NCBI RefSeq assembly: GCF_963676685.1 | Contig: NC_092344.1 | Coordinates: 86,118,001 to 86,182,000, forward strand | DNA: 64,000 nt | DNA from: Mytilus edulis | Taxonomy: Eukaryota | Direction of reading: 5' to 3' | Part shown: piece by piece, positions 38,201-50,465 of the stretch | Layout of the letters: each line of letters opens with the position of its first letter | Numbering within the stretch: the first letter of the stretch is position 1 | Program-made: the position numbers and the translations under genes | The notes under the pieces: model-generated | The model's database searches: none | Told to the model about the DNA's origin: nothing | Seen by the model: the letters and a program-made list of their open reading frames with translations, nothing else

Positions 38201-41200
38201 TTGCTTACATGCATAGTGTAAGTGGGATACAGTAACCTGACAAAACAGTATGCGGGATCTGGGATCAGAACCCCCCAATGAGACCCCCTTATAACGAGGT
38301 TACCCTTAGCATTCTAAGTCCCTATAGTGATTGCTAAATTTATAAATGTATATCATATCAATGTACTCCTCTAATCCTTTAATGTGAAATTCATATTTTC
38401 TAATGAAAATGTTGACTGAGGGATTAAGGACTAAGCAATTTTCTTCAAATTTTCATCTTCATCTTCAGATGGAAAAACAATATTAAACAATAAATTTATC
38501 TTTTTTTAAAAAAAACCAAGAAAGTGTGATCATATGGTAATAATCATAATATGTTTTAGGTTTTATTACGAAGTAGAGCTATAGAGACACAGTGTTATGT
38601 GGTAGCAGCAGCTCAGACTGGGAAACATAATGAAAAAAGACAATCCTATGGTCATGCTATGGTATTTTTTTTTAATATATATATGATAAGGGGATGTGGT
38701 ATACTTATATATATATATATGATAAAGGGATGTGGTATACTTATATATATATATATGATAAAGGGATGTGGTATACTATCTATACCTAGTATCATATGAA
38801 TAAACGGTAGTATGTAGAATGCAACAGTGAGACAGCAACTCAATGAAAAAAAAAGTTGTGATGAAATGTAACGACGTTTGGAGATTACAAGCTCTACATT
38901 AACCAGTCTTAAAAAGTTGTGGATACATTTGACTGATAAAATTGAGAATGGAAGACGGGAATGTGTCAAAGAGAAAAAAATCTGAAGGCCACCAATGGGT
39001 CTTCAATACAACGAGAAAATCCTGCACCTGGATGCTATCAACACTACATTCCCAAGAGACAAAAATAAAGAATACCACAAAGATTACCATTTTTCTTGTT
39101 ATACCAGTAAGTTCACCTGATTAGAAAAAAATCAGCATAATAAAGTTGTGTCTAGACATTGATAGATTTAACCTTTAAAATCATAGAAAGAGTACTGTGA
39201 ATTCACTATTATTGGACACCAATTTTTGTTGGTTTTGTTGGAACAGGTGAACCACGAATTTAAATGTTCAACAAATTGCAAATTTTATTTAGACCTTGTA
39301 TGCAGACAGTTTTCCTCCATCTACAAAAATTGATACCCACGAAAATAAATGAATCCACAGTATGTAGATAGACTAGAACAACAAAACACTTGAATCACAA
39401 AATAAAAGATAACTGGTATCAGGTTTTCTGAACGTTTGGTGGTTGTAGTTAAAGTCATACACTTGTAATAAGGAATATTTTCTTTTATTGTAATAATTGT
39501 GTTCTTATTTCATGTTCTTTTCATTGAATTACACACTTGCCCTTTAGAAATATCAATGAAAGAATTGTCCAGAATATGTATGAAATATTTGCCACTGGAC
39601 GTAAAGAAACCAATGATCACTCAATCAATAAAAGAATAGTACAACTTCATAGTATTTACATTACCTGTAAACATTCATACAGCTGTATTAGCAGAATTGA
39701 TATTTTACTAATACAGGTAGTAGATCCCTGGGGAGCAGTAATTGCACAGTGTAGAGAAGGTACAGATGTATGTGTAGCAGAAATAGATCTTTCCTATCTC
39801 AAAAGTGTCAGAGCCAACATGCCAATATGGAGTCATAGAAGACCAGACTTGTACGGAGAAATACAAAACTTATCAAAAAGTAATTTAACTTAACATTTTT
39901 ATGATTCTTAAATGGCACTGGGGTGTCATAAAATAATAAATTATTATTACAATATACATGTATTACTGGTACATTAAAGTTGAGGTATTAAAAAATACAA
40001 GATGAAAGTAGATGCATTTATTGCTCTTGGTAAAATTTAGGTTCTCAATCTGAAGTTTCTATTAAACGCAATAATGACTATTGTTTTGTCCTTATCTTTT
40101 AAACATTGTGTTGTGCATAATTTTTCATGTTTGTAAGATTCCATTAATTTTTGTGTTCACTTGTCAGAAAATTGAATATATAAATAAATTGTAGATTCTT
40201 CTAAGAATACAGTTATTTTGAAGACCCATTGGTGGCCTTTGGCTGTTGTCTGCTCTATGGTCGGGTTGTTGTCGCTTTGACACATTCCCCATTTCCTTTC
40301 TCAATTTTATTTCCTTGGAAATTTCATTTAACCCACATATTTCTTTTCAGGTCCAGGCTGTGATATTGATAGTGAAGAGAAGTACCAGTTTGGACATTGT
40401 TGGATTAAAAACACTCAAGTTTTCTATAAAACCAAATTAAGTTATGCTTTTGTGAATATAAAACCTGTTTTTCCTGGTCATATCCTTTTAAAAATTCAGA
40501 TAAAAGTGCTCAGTAGGTGGAGGTTGTGAAATTGACAAAACATTTCTTACTGTCATTAGTAACAATTGCACCACATACAAACAATTATAAGATCTCTGAC
40601 TTTTCTCTGCTGTCAAAATTTTAAGAGAATACAGGAGTTCCAAACAAAATGGAGAACATGTATAATCATACCTAACCTTGAAAAACCTTACCCTAGCACA
40701 GAACAAACCCATACTATAAATTAGCTCAACTCTAAAAAAACAAGGACCCTGTAGTAAAGGAGGGTCATAGTTGACTAAATATTCAGACATGAAAGTTTTG
40801 GCTCATAAAAAAATGCAAATTCTGAATAAACATGAATCTTAAATGATATAAACATACAACAAATTTTCTTCAAAATCCCTGAAATTGTTATAAAATTTTA
40901 TTACTGTGGTGAATCAAATACTGTTTTGTTCTGTAAATCTGTCAGTTTTAGATTGTTGTACCTCTATACTGCATTTTTTTTCTTGAAACAAATTATAGCA
41001 ATTCTTATCCTTAACTTTAATGCACATGTATTAGTTGCACCTTTACGTCTAGCAGAGAGACTGTGTGACTTGTCACCTACAGAAATATCAGATGTGTTCA
41101 ACACAGTTCAGACTGTTTCTAATGTAATAAAAAAACATTTCAATGGGACATCACTGACAGTTGCTGTTCAGGATGGCAAAGATGCTGGACAAACAGTTAA

Positions 41201-42694
41201 GGTAACTTATCAATGTATTTACAACAAGAATGTGTCAATAGTACATGGATGGCCCATTCACACAATCCTTTGCTATGTTCAGTGGCTTGTAAAAGGAGTA
41301 GGTTCAGTAAGACCCCTTTTTGGGCCCCAAAATATAACAGTTTTACAAAATTGTGAAAATGTAATCTTTTATCTATTTATTGGAAAGTAGAATACTTCTG
41401 CTACACAAATATGAGCTGTTTTTGACAATTCAATGCACATATATTGGGTACTAACATCATTAAGTCATGCTAAATTACTGAAATCTTCACAGTTTTAGCA
41501 TTTTAGTTAAATTTTAGACGGTTTCTGTCTTAAATGAAAGTGGCCGCATTCATGTTCATTCATATTATTGAAATGTTAGTTGTATTTGATGATAATACAT
41601 AACATATATAAAGGTTGACAAAAAACTTCTGAAAAGTGACGATTTTTTGCATAATAGATTTTTCATATTTAAGCTTGAATCTGAGCGTTTTTAATGTCTT
41701 AATCAGTTAAAATCTTTCACCTAAACTAATTGAATCAATTGAAATAGACACTTAAGTGTTTAAAAAGTGTCCAAAATATTTCGTTAGACGAATCCGGAAT
41801 TTGAGGCCAAAATCGGCCCTTACCTGACCTACTCCTTTGGGTAAAAACTCTAATTTGGCATTAAAATTAGAATTATCATATCATACAGAACATGTGTACT
41901 ACATTTCAAATTATTTGGACTTCAACTGCATCAAAAACTACCTTGACCAAAAACTTTAACCTGAAATGGGATAGACAGATGGATGAATGGATATACAGAC
42001 AGAAAAACATAATGCCCCTAGTTGTGTCATATGGATAGATAAAACTATAATTTTGTGACTAAACTGTACAAAGAAAGCAATTCAGTTGAAAGAAAGTTGA
42101 AAGCTCTCATCTTTTTCTTTTTAGTAAATTATGTCCTTGAAATGTAAATAATAAAGACAAGTGATTGTGTTTTGTACAACCATGACAACTCTGGCTGTAT
42201 TTTACAATTGTAATATAACCAATTTGGCTTTTTTTCAGCATTTTCATGTTCACATCCTACCAAGAAGAGAGCAAGATATTCCAAATAATGATGATATATA
42301 TCATGAGGTATGCATTATTAACTAAGTTCTTTAATGAGGCACACTTTTCACATTTTAATTTGAAATCTAATGTTGAAACTTATGTAAAAAATGATACAGG
42401 GTAAACATAGACAATGAAAAATACTACCCAAGAAGTGATACATTCAAAAGATTAGACCATCAACTGAACATGACCTTTTTTAAGTTATTAGTAAACTTTT
42501 ATAAATACAGTGTTATTTAATTCAAGTTATCATTGCAGTTTCTTAAAAAAAATATTTATGAAAAGCATATTACCGTTTTTGAATTTTATTTACAGCTTGA
42601 GAAGCATGATAAGGTCATGTTACAGTCTGATATGAGATCTGAAGAAGAAATGGAGAAAGAATCAAGAGAATTACGAAAGTATTTCAACCTATAG
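35227..42694 (+). CDS. NitFhit: Nitrilase and fragile histidine triad fusion protein (Nit1 deaminated-glutathione amidase domain + Fhit Ap3A hydrolase domain), 475 aa
   Basis: Exons 35227-35448, 36029-36184, 37057-37257, 37698-37808, 38560-38661, 39717-39879, 40351-40479, 41026-41201, 42239-42307, 42596-42694 give 1428 nt in frame. The nitrilase triad is present: E (FLPE), K (YSKAHLFD), C (ICYDLRFPE). Fhit motifs [30 protein letters not shown] motif HFHVH and RSEEEM are also present. Confidence 0.96.
37258..37697 (+). other. U12-type (minor spliceosome) GT-AG intron
   Basis: 5' splice site GTATCTTTT; branch site TTCCTTAAT at 37681-37689, about 10 nt before AG 37696-37697; no polypyrimidine tract. 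Splicing restores ...GLSI|CYDLRFPE. Confidence 0.85.
37760..38003 (+). repeat. 61-bp tandem repeat made of the exon 3' end plus the 5' splice site (4 donor copies)
   Basis: CAGGGATGGCTCACTGGGAA|GTAGGTAATAAA occurs four times at a 61-bp period (donors 37809, 37870, 37931, 37992). Confidence 0.92.
38676..38780. repeat. ~36-bp tandem repeat with (AT)n, 3 copies
   Basis: (ATATATATGATAARGGGATGTGGTATACTT)x3, just downstream of the donor at 38662. Confidence 0.85.
39195..39360. mobile_element. Small Tc1/mariner-type MITE
   Basis: TA|CTGTGAATTCA...TGAATCCACAG|TA. Confidence 0.7.
40480..41025 (+). other. U12-type AT-AC intron
   Basis: 5' splice site ATATCCTTT at 40480; branch site TCCTTAAC at 41008-41015; ends ...TGCAC at 41025. 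Splicing joins C|AT (His) to restore PGHVLVAP. Confidence 0.95.
41292..41838. mobile_element. Kolobok-like MITE nested in a HINE (~41222-42030, minus strand)
   Basis: TIR AAAGGAGTAGGTTCAGTAAG...CTTACCTGACCTACTCCTTT. The flanks rejoin into the same HINE family as 5839-6130, in reverse orientation. Confidence 0.7.
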
Positions 42695-43669
42695 ACTGAA
42701 ATGAAATGGAAAAGCCAATGGATACTTGTTGCAATATATTAGTGTTACTTTGTTGATCTCAGTTATTCAGATCTCCTTTTATTAAACAGAAATGCAAAGT
42801 ATCTTATACTCAGACATACAAATGAACATTGTGAACAAATAAAAATGTTGCCCTCTTTAATTTGAGGAACCGATCACTTTAAGAATATGGATAAGTTTAT
42901 GGTTAGGGTCAAGTAAGATGAAATTTGACAAAAACGTTCGGGTTGACTTACTATAAGTCACCCCTGGTTATGATAATAATTAGGGATAGTAATAATTTAG
43001 ATTCATGTTTTACTGAAGCAAGGATTGTTTAGTAATTGGGTTGTCATCCAGTTGTTAAGGAGTGGGTCCTCTCCTCCACCAAATAGGGCTGTAAATAGTA
43101 AAGAACAAAAAAATCAGTTGCATTATTGAAGTTGCATGTTATAGTTTATTAGCAGATATCATGAAAAGTTTCATTTAAAAAATTATGTACAGTACATTAG
43201 GTTGATAATATAAATATAACTCAAGAATTTCCTCAATTTTAACAAGAACAACAAAGATTTCAAAATGATTTTTGATTGTAATCAGATTTTATTTTAAGTA
43301 TTGCATTTTAAGAGTGGGTACTTATTACAGATTTTGTTAGGCAGAGTCGCATTGTTTTAAAAGGAGGTTTTAAGATGTTTTTTATGCTCGTTATATTCTT
43401 TTTAAAAGGTGTACATGAGAGTATTTCATTTTGCTATTGCTTTAGCAATAAAAATATTGAAAGCAATTTAAGTGTTTATTTCTTCATCATTGCATTAATA
43501 TTATGGGTAGACATATGTCTACGTTAGTAGAAGTAAGTAAGTAGATTTTATATAGGAATCTAAACAAACTGAAAATATTGCTTGTTTTATCTTTCATGTT
43601 GTCTAGGTTATAACTTGTAAGGCTTCTTTAAAATAAATGTAAGACAAGTTTTCTTTATATGGTACATTT

Positions 43670-45530
43670 CACTGACGAATGAACCATGAAAGTTAGGTCA
43701 CGTTCAGATGAACTTGACAGATTGTGCACCACTCAATCATTTCAATCACACCAATCATTCCATACACCAAATTGCTATAGTAAATGAAAACGATGTCAAG
43801 GACAATGGACATAAGACTGACTGAAACTTTATATGATAAGGCATGTGTATGCATGTGGGAAGCATCCAGGTCTTCTACCCTTTTGTCAGTGGTGAGATAA
43901 AAACTGTACATTGAACAATGAATAATGAAAATGAGGTCAAGGTCAGATGAGACCTGCCAGACAGACATGCACCATACAATAATTTCGTTTACCAAGTGAA
44001 ATTGACATAAGGCTTATAGTACAAAAGGATCAACCTTACAATAAAAACTTTACATTGACCAATGAACCATGAAAATGAAGTCAAGGTCAGATGAACTAGA
44101 CATAATTTTGCATTTTACAATCATTACATACATCAAAATATAGTTGACCTACTGCTAAGAGTTTTGGATTAACAGATTTAAATACAAGAGTGCACACTGA
44201 AATTTCTCGCCTTCTTTTCTAACCATTGATATTATGTTGATAGTCCTAAATAGAAAGCTTTACTACAAATATTACATAAACTTAACATGATCTTAGAAAA
44301 TGAGGTCAAGGTCATATAAAACAAACAACAAGAAATACTTGTACACCTTACAATCATGCAATATACTAAATATAGTTCACCTATTGCTTATAGTTTCTAA
44401 GAAACAGACTTAAGACCAAAGAACCATGAAAATGAGGTCAAGGTCAGATGAAGCATGCCAGGCAGACATTTACAGCTTACAATTCTTCCATTCAACAAAT
44501 ATAGTTGACCTATTAAATATAGTTTAATGAAAACAGACCAAAACACATAAAATTAACACTAAGCAATGAACTGTGAAAATCAGGTCAAGGTCAAATAAAA
44601 CCTGTGAGACTGACATTTTCATCATAAAATATTTCCATACACCAAATATAGTTGACCTATTGCATATAGTATTAGAAAAAAAGACCAAAATTCAAAAACT
44701 TAACTTTGACCATTGATTCATGAAAATGATGTCAAGGTCAGATGAAATCTGACAGTTGAACATGTACACCTTACAATCATTCCATACACCAAATTTAGTA
44801 GACCTTTTGAGTACTCTATAAGAAAAACAGACCAAAACACAAAAACTTAACTATAACCACTGAACCATGAGGTCAAGGTCAGATGAAACCTGTCAGTTTA
44901 ACATTTACACCTTACAATCCTTCCATACACCAAATATACTCGCTCTATTTCTTATAGTATCTGAGATATGTACTTGACCACCAAAACTTATCCTTGTTCA
45001 CTGATCCATGAAATGAGATTAAGTGAAAACTGTGTGATGGGCATGAGGACCTTGCAAGGTAGGCACATACCTGTCCAAATATATTTAACCTATTACTCAT
45101 AAGAGAAATTAACATTATATAAATACTTTTTTCAAGTAGTCGTTGAACCATGAAAATGAGGTAATGGACATGTGACAGACGGAAACTTCGTAACATAAAG
45201 CATCGATATACAAAATATGAAGCCTCCAGGTCTTCCACATTCTAAAATATAAAGCTTTTAAGAAGTAAGCTAACGCCGCCGCCACTACCACCAGATCGCT
45301 ATCCAAAAGTCGCAGATCGACAAAAACTTACTGTTGGCCAATGAACTATGAAATTGATGTCAAAGTCAGATGAACCCAACCAGGCAGACAAAAATCCATC
45401 TTACAATCAATCCATAAATCAAAGTTGACATACTGCTCATAGTATCTTAGAGATAGACCTGTTTACGAAAATTAACGTTGCTCGCTGATCCATGAAATGA
45501 GGTCGAGGTCAGGTGTGCCTTGTTTCACGG
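43670..45530 (-). repeat. HINE-associated ~140-bp satellite array (possibly one HINE inside another)
   Basis: Recurrent GAACCATGAAAATGAGGTCAAGGTCAGATGAA...CCATACACCAAATATAGTTGACCTA units; HINE-like ends near 44184 and 45325. Confidence 0.75.
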
Positions 45531-46437
45531 ACACGTATACTTGTTCCTTTGAAATTTCAACCAAAGATGAAGAACTGGATCTTCCATCACTGTATTGGAT
45601 TCCTAAATTACATAAGTGTCCTTACAAACAACAGCTGGGTCTTCCAAGTGCTCCACAAAACCTTTCTGAATTATTAACATCTACTTTATCAGCAATCAAA
45701 GACGGGCTTCAAAGTTATTGTGAAACTGCCTATTCTAGAGGTGGCGTGAATCAGATGTGGATACTTAAAAATTCCAAAGATCTTTTAGAGTACATACAAT
45801 CTAACTCTCTTTCATCTTGCAATAGTATTAAAACTTTTTTATTTTTCTACACCGTTTACACAAGTATTCCCAAATCCAAACTAAAAGACAAATTGAGAGA
45901 GTTGGTATTGCTTTGTTTCATAAAAAATAATGGCCAACGTAGATACAAGTATCATTTCTTAGGGAGGGATAAATCCTACTTTGTAAAGGATCACTCTGAT
46001 TCAAACAAAAAGTTCTCTGAAACTGACATTATCAAGATGCTTGATTTTTTATTGACAACATATTTGTTACGCTCGGAGGACGTGTTTTTCAACAAACTGT
46101 CGGCATTCCAATGGGAACCAAGTGTGCTCCTCTTATTGCCGACTTGTTTCTTTATTATTATGAGGCTGACTTCATACAGGAACTTTTTAGGAAGAAAGAT
46201 AAGAAGTTGGCAATATCCCTTAACTCTACTTTCCGCTATATAGACAACGTTCTTTCACTAAATAATTCAAAATCTGGTGACTATTTTAAACGCATCTATC
46301 CCATCGAACTAGAGATAAAGGATACAGCAGATACAGTTAAGTCGGCCTCATATCTTGACTTACATCTAGAAATTGACAATTAGGGTCGGTTGAAAACAAA
46401 ACTTTACGACAAAAGATATGATTTCAGCTTTCCAATT

Positions 46438-49400
46438 CCCGTATAGAAAATGCTAACAAAAGCATATAAGTTGCATATATGAAACTAACAAATTGCACAT
46501 AAGAAATGTATGCAAATTAGTTTGCTCATATGTGCATTTATATAGTAGTTTTTGGTGGGGTTTGTGTTTCTCAATCCTTAGTTTACTATGTTGTGTTTTG
46601 TGAACTTTAGTTTTTCTGTTGGTCTGTTTCTTTTTTAGCTCACCTGGCCCGAAGGGCCAAGTGAGCTTTTCTCATCACTTGGCGTCCGGCGTCCGGCGTC
46701 CGTCGTCCGTCATCCGTCGTCCGTCGTCCGTCGTCGTCGTCGTCCGTCGTTAACTTTTACAAAAATCTTCTCCTCTGAAACTACTGGACCAAATTAAACC
46801 AAACTTGGCCACAATCATCATTGGGGTATCTAGTTTAAAAATTGTGTCCGGTGACCCGGCCAACCAACCAAGATGGCCGCCATGGCTAAAAATAGAACAT
46901 AGGGGTAAAATGCAGTTTTTGGCTTATAACTCAAAAACCAAAGCATTTAGAGCAAATCTGACATGGGGTAAAATTGTTTATCAGGTCAAGATCTATCTGC
47001 CCTGAAATTTTCAGATGAATCGGACAACCCGTTGATAGGTTGCTGCCCCTGAATTGGTAATTTTGAGAAAATTTTGCTGTTTTTGGTTATTATCTTGAAT
47101 ATTATTATAGATAGAGATAAACTGTGAACAACAAAAATGTTCAACAAAGTAAGATCTACAAATAAGTCAACATGACCAAAATGGTCTGTTGACCCCTTTA
47201 GAAGTTATTGCCCTTTATAGTCAATTTTTAACCATTTTTCGTAAATCTTAATTATCTTTTACAAAAATCTTCTTCTCTGAAACTACTGGACCAAATTAAA
47301 CCAAACTTGGCCACAATCATCATTGGGGTATCTAGTTCAAAAATTGTGTCCGGTGATCCGGCCAACCAACCAAGATGGCCGCCATGGCTAAAAATAGAAC
47401 ATAGGGGTAAAATGCAGTTTTTGGCTTATCACTCAAAAACCAAAGCATTTAGAGCAAATCTGACAAGTAGTAAAATTGTTTATCAGGTCAAGATCTATCT
47501 GTCCTGAAATTTTGAGATGAATCGGACAACTCGTTGATAGGTTGCTGCCCCTGAATTGGTAATTTTAAGGAAATTTTGCTGTTTTTGATTATTATCTTGA
47601 ATATTATTATAGATAGAGATAAACTGTAAACAGCAAAAATGTTCAGCTAAGTAAGATCTACAAATAAGTCAACATGACCAAAATGGTCTGTTGACCCCTT
47701 TAGGAGTTATTGCCCTTTATAGTCAATTTTTAACCATTTTTCGTAAATCTTAGTTATCTTTTACAAAAATCTTCTCCTCTGAAACTACTGGACCAAATTA
47801 AACCAAACTTGGCCACAATCATCATTGGGGTATCTAGTTTAAAAATTGTGTCCGGTGACCCGGCCAACCAATCAAGATGGCCGCCATGGCTAAAAATAGA
47901 ACATAGGGGTAAAATGCAGTTTTTGGCTTATCACTCAAAAACCAAAGCATTTAGAGCAAATCTGACATGTGGTAGAATTGCTTATCAGGTCAAGATCTAT
48001 CTGCAACAACAAAAGAAAGAGAGTTTTTAACGACCTCAGCTGGCTATACAACCCTTGCACAATCAACTGAATTTTGCAGAAATCATTAATAGGATAGATT
48101 GCCCTTATATGATAATTTTTTATTACCTTTTTGGTTTTTTTGGCAAAGTGGGGGGGGGGGGGGGGGGGGGGGTTGCGCAAAAACAAAACTACTTCACAAC
48201 TTTCTCATTACTTTGCATTTCTTGTTAGATAAATTTTACAAAAATTCTCCCCTGAAACAACTGTTGAATTTAAACAAACTTGGTTTAAATCACCACTAGG
48301 ATATCCAGGGACCACTGTGTATGATGACCCTGCCTGCCCACATGGCTGAAATTAAACATAGGTTTCAAATGCCCTTTTTAGTATTATATCTCTGAAACTA
48401 AACGACAGTACAACAGTTGCATTTATCATGCAACAATTGTAAATAAAAATATCAGGTGAGCGACACAGGGTCCTTGGACCCTCTAGTTTAGCCATGGCTT
48501 TGTCAGTTTGTTTTTTTTACTTATGAGTTTGAATGTCCTTCTGGTATCGTTCGCCTCTCTTATTATACTTATAAATCATTTTTTACATTTTAAGTTAGTA
48601 AGTACTTGAAACATATTAAGTATTTAAAGTAAATATTGAATCTTTTGACTTATATTTAAAATTAAGCCAGTTGTATATGATATAACAATACACACAGAAA
48701 AATATTGAATTAAGAATCAAATACTTTAAATTGGTCAGCAACTAATTACAGTGATGAGTTGTAGCATATGGGCATTTTTAGATTTGTTGAACACCCACTT
48801 CATATAAATAGGTACTTTGAATTTTCTGTGATATGTTGGCCAGCACCTTAACAGTGATTTTATAGTTGTAAAGTATGTCAGCACTTTTGGATCTGTCTCT
48901 GTCAAACACATATATACTTTCTGTATGGTGATACATCAAAGTAGCACATCACATGAACTCTTGCTGTTAATATTGTAACACATACTTTTCAACTTTTGCA
49001 TTTCTGACATAAATGATTTTCACGATAACAATATTGCATTGTCTAACAAGATTATTGGAAGTTAATCTTAAAGTTCAAATTCACGCCCCCCCCCCCCTTT
49101 TTTCATTCCAATCACAAAGGACTACCGACAGAGTGCTGCAATACAAAGCTGTCAAATATTTCAGAAATGCTCACCAGAAAGATCCGTTTGCACGTATGCA
49201 ATAATTTTCTAATATGAGCAAATTGCACGTATGCATTTAATTTTGAATGCTTCCAAATAAGGGAATGCTCATATGAAAACTAACGTGAGCATTTGCACGT
49301 AAGGTTTTTAACATGCAAATTAGGTTAGTTGCATACGTGCAAATATAATTTTTCTAACATAAATGCTCACCTAATTTGCACGTTAAAACTCTTACGTGCA

Positions 49401-49475
49401 ATCATGTTTATAGAAACTAACGTGAGCAGCATATATGCATGATATATGCAAAATTTAAGCACCATTTGGTAAGGG
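46438..49475. mobile_element. EnSpm/CMC-like non-autonomous element (CCC...GGG termini, 2-bp TSD TT)
   Basis: Left CCAATT|CCCGTA, right TAAGGG|TTGTGAAC; subterminal GCATATG / TTGCACGT / TGCTCA repeats at both ends. Confidence 0.65.
46635..48488 (+). mobile_element. HINE with 502-bp tandem units (about 2.5 copies)
   Basis: SubTIR GCTCACCTG...CAGGTGAGC; (GTCC/GTC)n tract; 3' hairpin AGGGTCC-TT-GGACCCT. Near-identical ORFs at 46805, 47307 and 47809 give the 502-bp period. Confidence 0.85.
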
Positions 49476-50465
49476 TTGTGAACTTTCCATTTCTAAGTAG
49501 CAACATTCCAGCAGCACCTGCATACGGGGTATGTATCTCCCAATTGATACGATATTCCCGTGCTTGCATTTCCTATCATGATTTTCTTGATAGAGGGTTG
49601 CTGCTCACAAGGAAGCTATTAAACCAAGAGTTCCAAATGGTGAAGTTATAATCATATCCATTCATAAATTTTACGGACGCCACGGGTGCCACATGTGAAG
49701 CAGGATCTACTTAACCTTCCGGAGCACCTGAGATCACCCCTAGTTATTGGTGGGGTTCGTGTTGCTTATTCTTTAGTTTTCTTTGTTATGTCATGTGTTC
49801 TATTGTTTGTCTGTTTGTCTTATTTCATTTGTAGCCAGGCGTTGTCAGTTGATTTTCGATTTATGAGTTTGACTGTCCCTCTGGTATCTTTCGTCCCTCT
49901 TTTGCAAGAAAGGTCTTTTCAAAATATAGTTAATCTCATTACTCATTAGTGAGAAATTCACACGACAAATAGTGTGTAAGAATTTTAAAGTTTGTTCTTA
50001 TGTTGTGCTGTTACACCAATGCCCCAGGTTAACATTCGGTATGTGGCAGTCCAATGTCAGGAGCATAGATAATTCACTGGTTGTTGTTCGTTGTTGTATA
50101 CTATTATAATTTTAGTTTCTCGTTTGTTTTAATTTTTTACACAAATCAGATCAGGCCGTTGGTTTTCTCGTTTGATAAGTTATACATTTGTCGAACACTG
50201 TATAGCTATGAGGTATTGGTTCTGCTCATTTTTACAGTTCTATGGTGATCTAGAGTTTCTAATATCTACGTTAACTTATTTCGTCTCTGGTAAATTGAAT
50301 CCGTACGACGTGGCACATACTGCCACCTTCATCTAAAGCCTTCTTATGTGAGGAAAAGGGGAATATGCTAGCTATACTGTGATGATATGATTGAAGCTTT
50401 GATCTTTTTTAATTTTTATTTCATAAACATATGTAGACATAACTCTACTTGATTTTTTTCTTGAT

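Larger units (their letters stand above)
45540..49902 (+). pseudogene. Penelope-like retroelement RT relic, split by nested insertions (46438-49475)
   Basis: Motifs LPSLYWIPKLHKCP, GIPMGTKCAPLIADLFLY, FRYIDN, SYLDLHL and TKLYDK...SFPI|VNFPFLSSNIPAAPAYGV; frameshifts and stops; the two halves rejoin exactly across the insertion. Confidence 0.8.

Noticed and set aside
40246-40440. 64-aa plus-strand ORF
   Set aside because: It starts in a SINE-like repeat and overlaps the first Fhit exon out of frame.
45497-46383. Active reverse transcriptase gene
   Set aside because: Multiple frameshifts, an in-frame stop, YIDN instead of YIDD, and interruption by insertions.
46805-48030. Three near-identical 66-73-aa ORFs suggesting a peptide gene cluster
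   Set aside because: They are the 502-bp satellite units of a HINE; starts are TTG and there is no gene structure.
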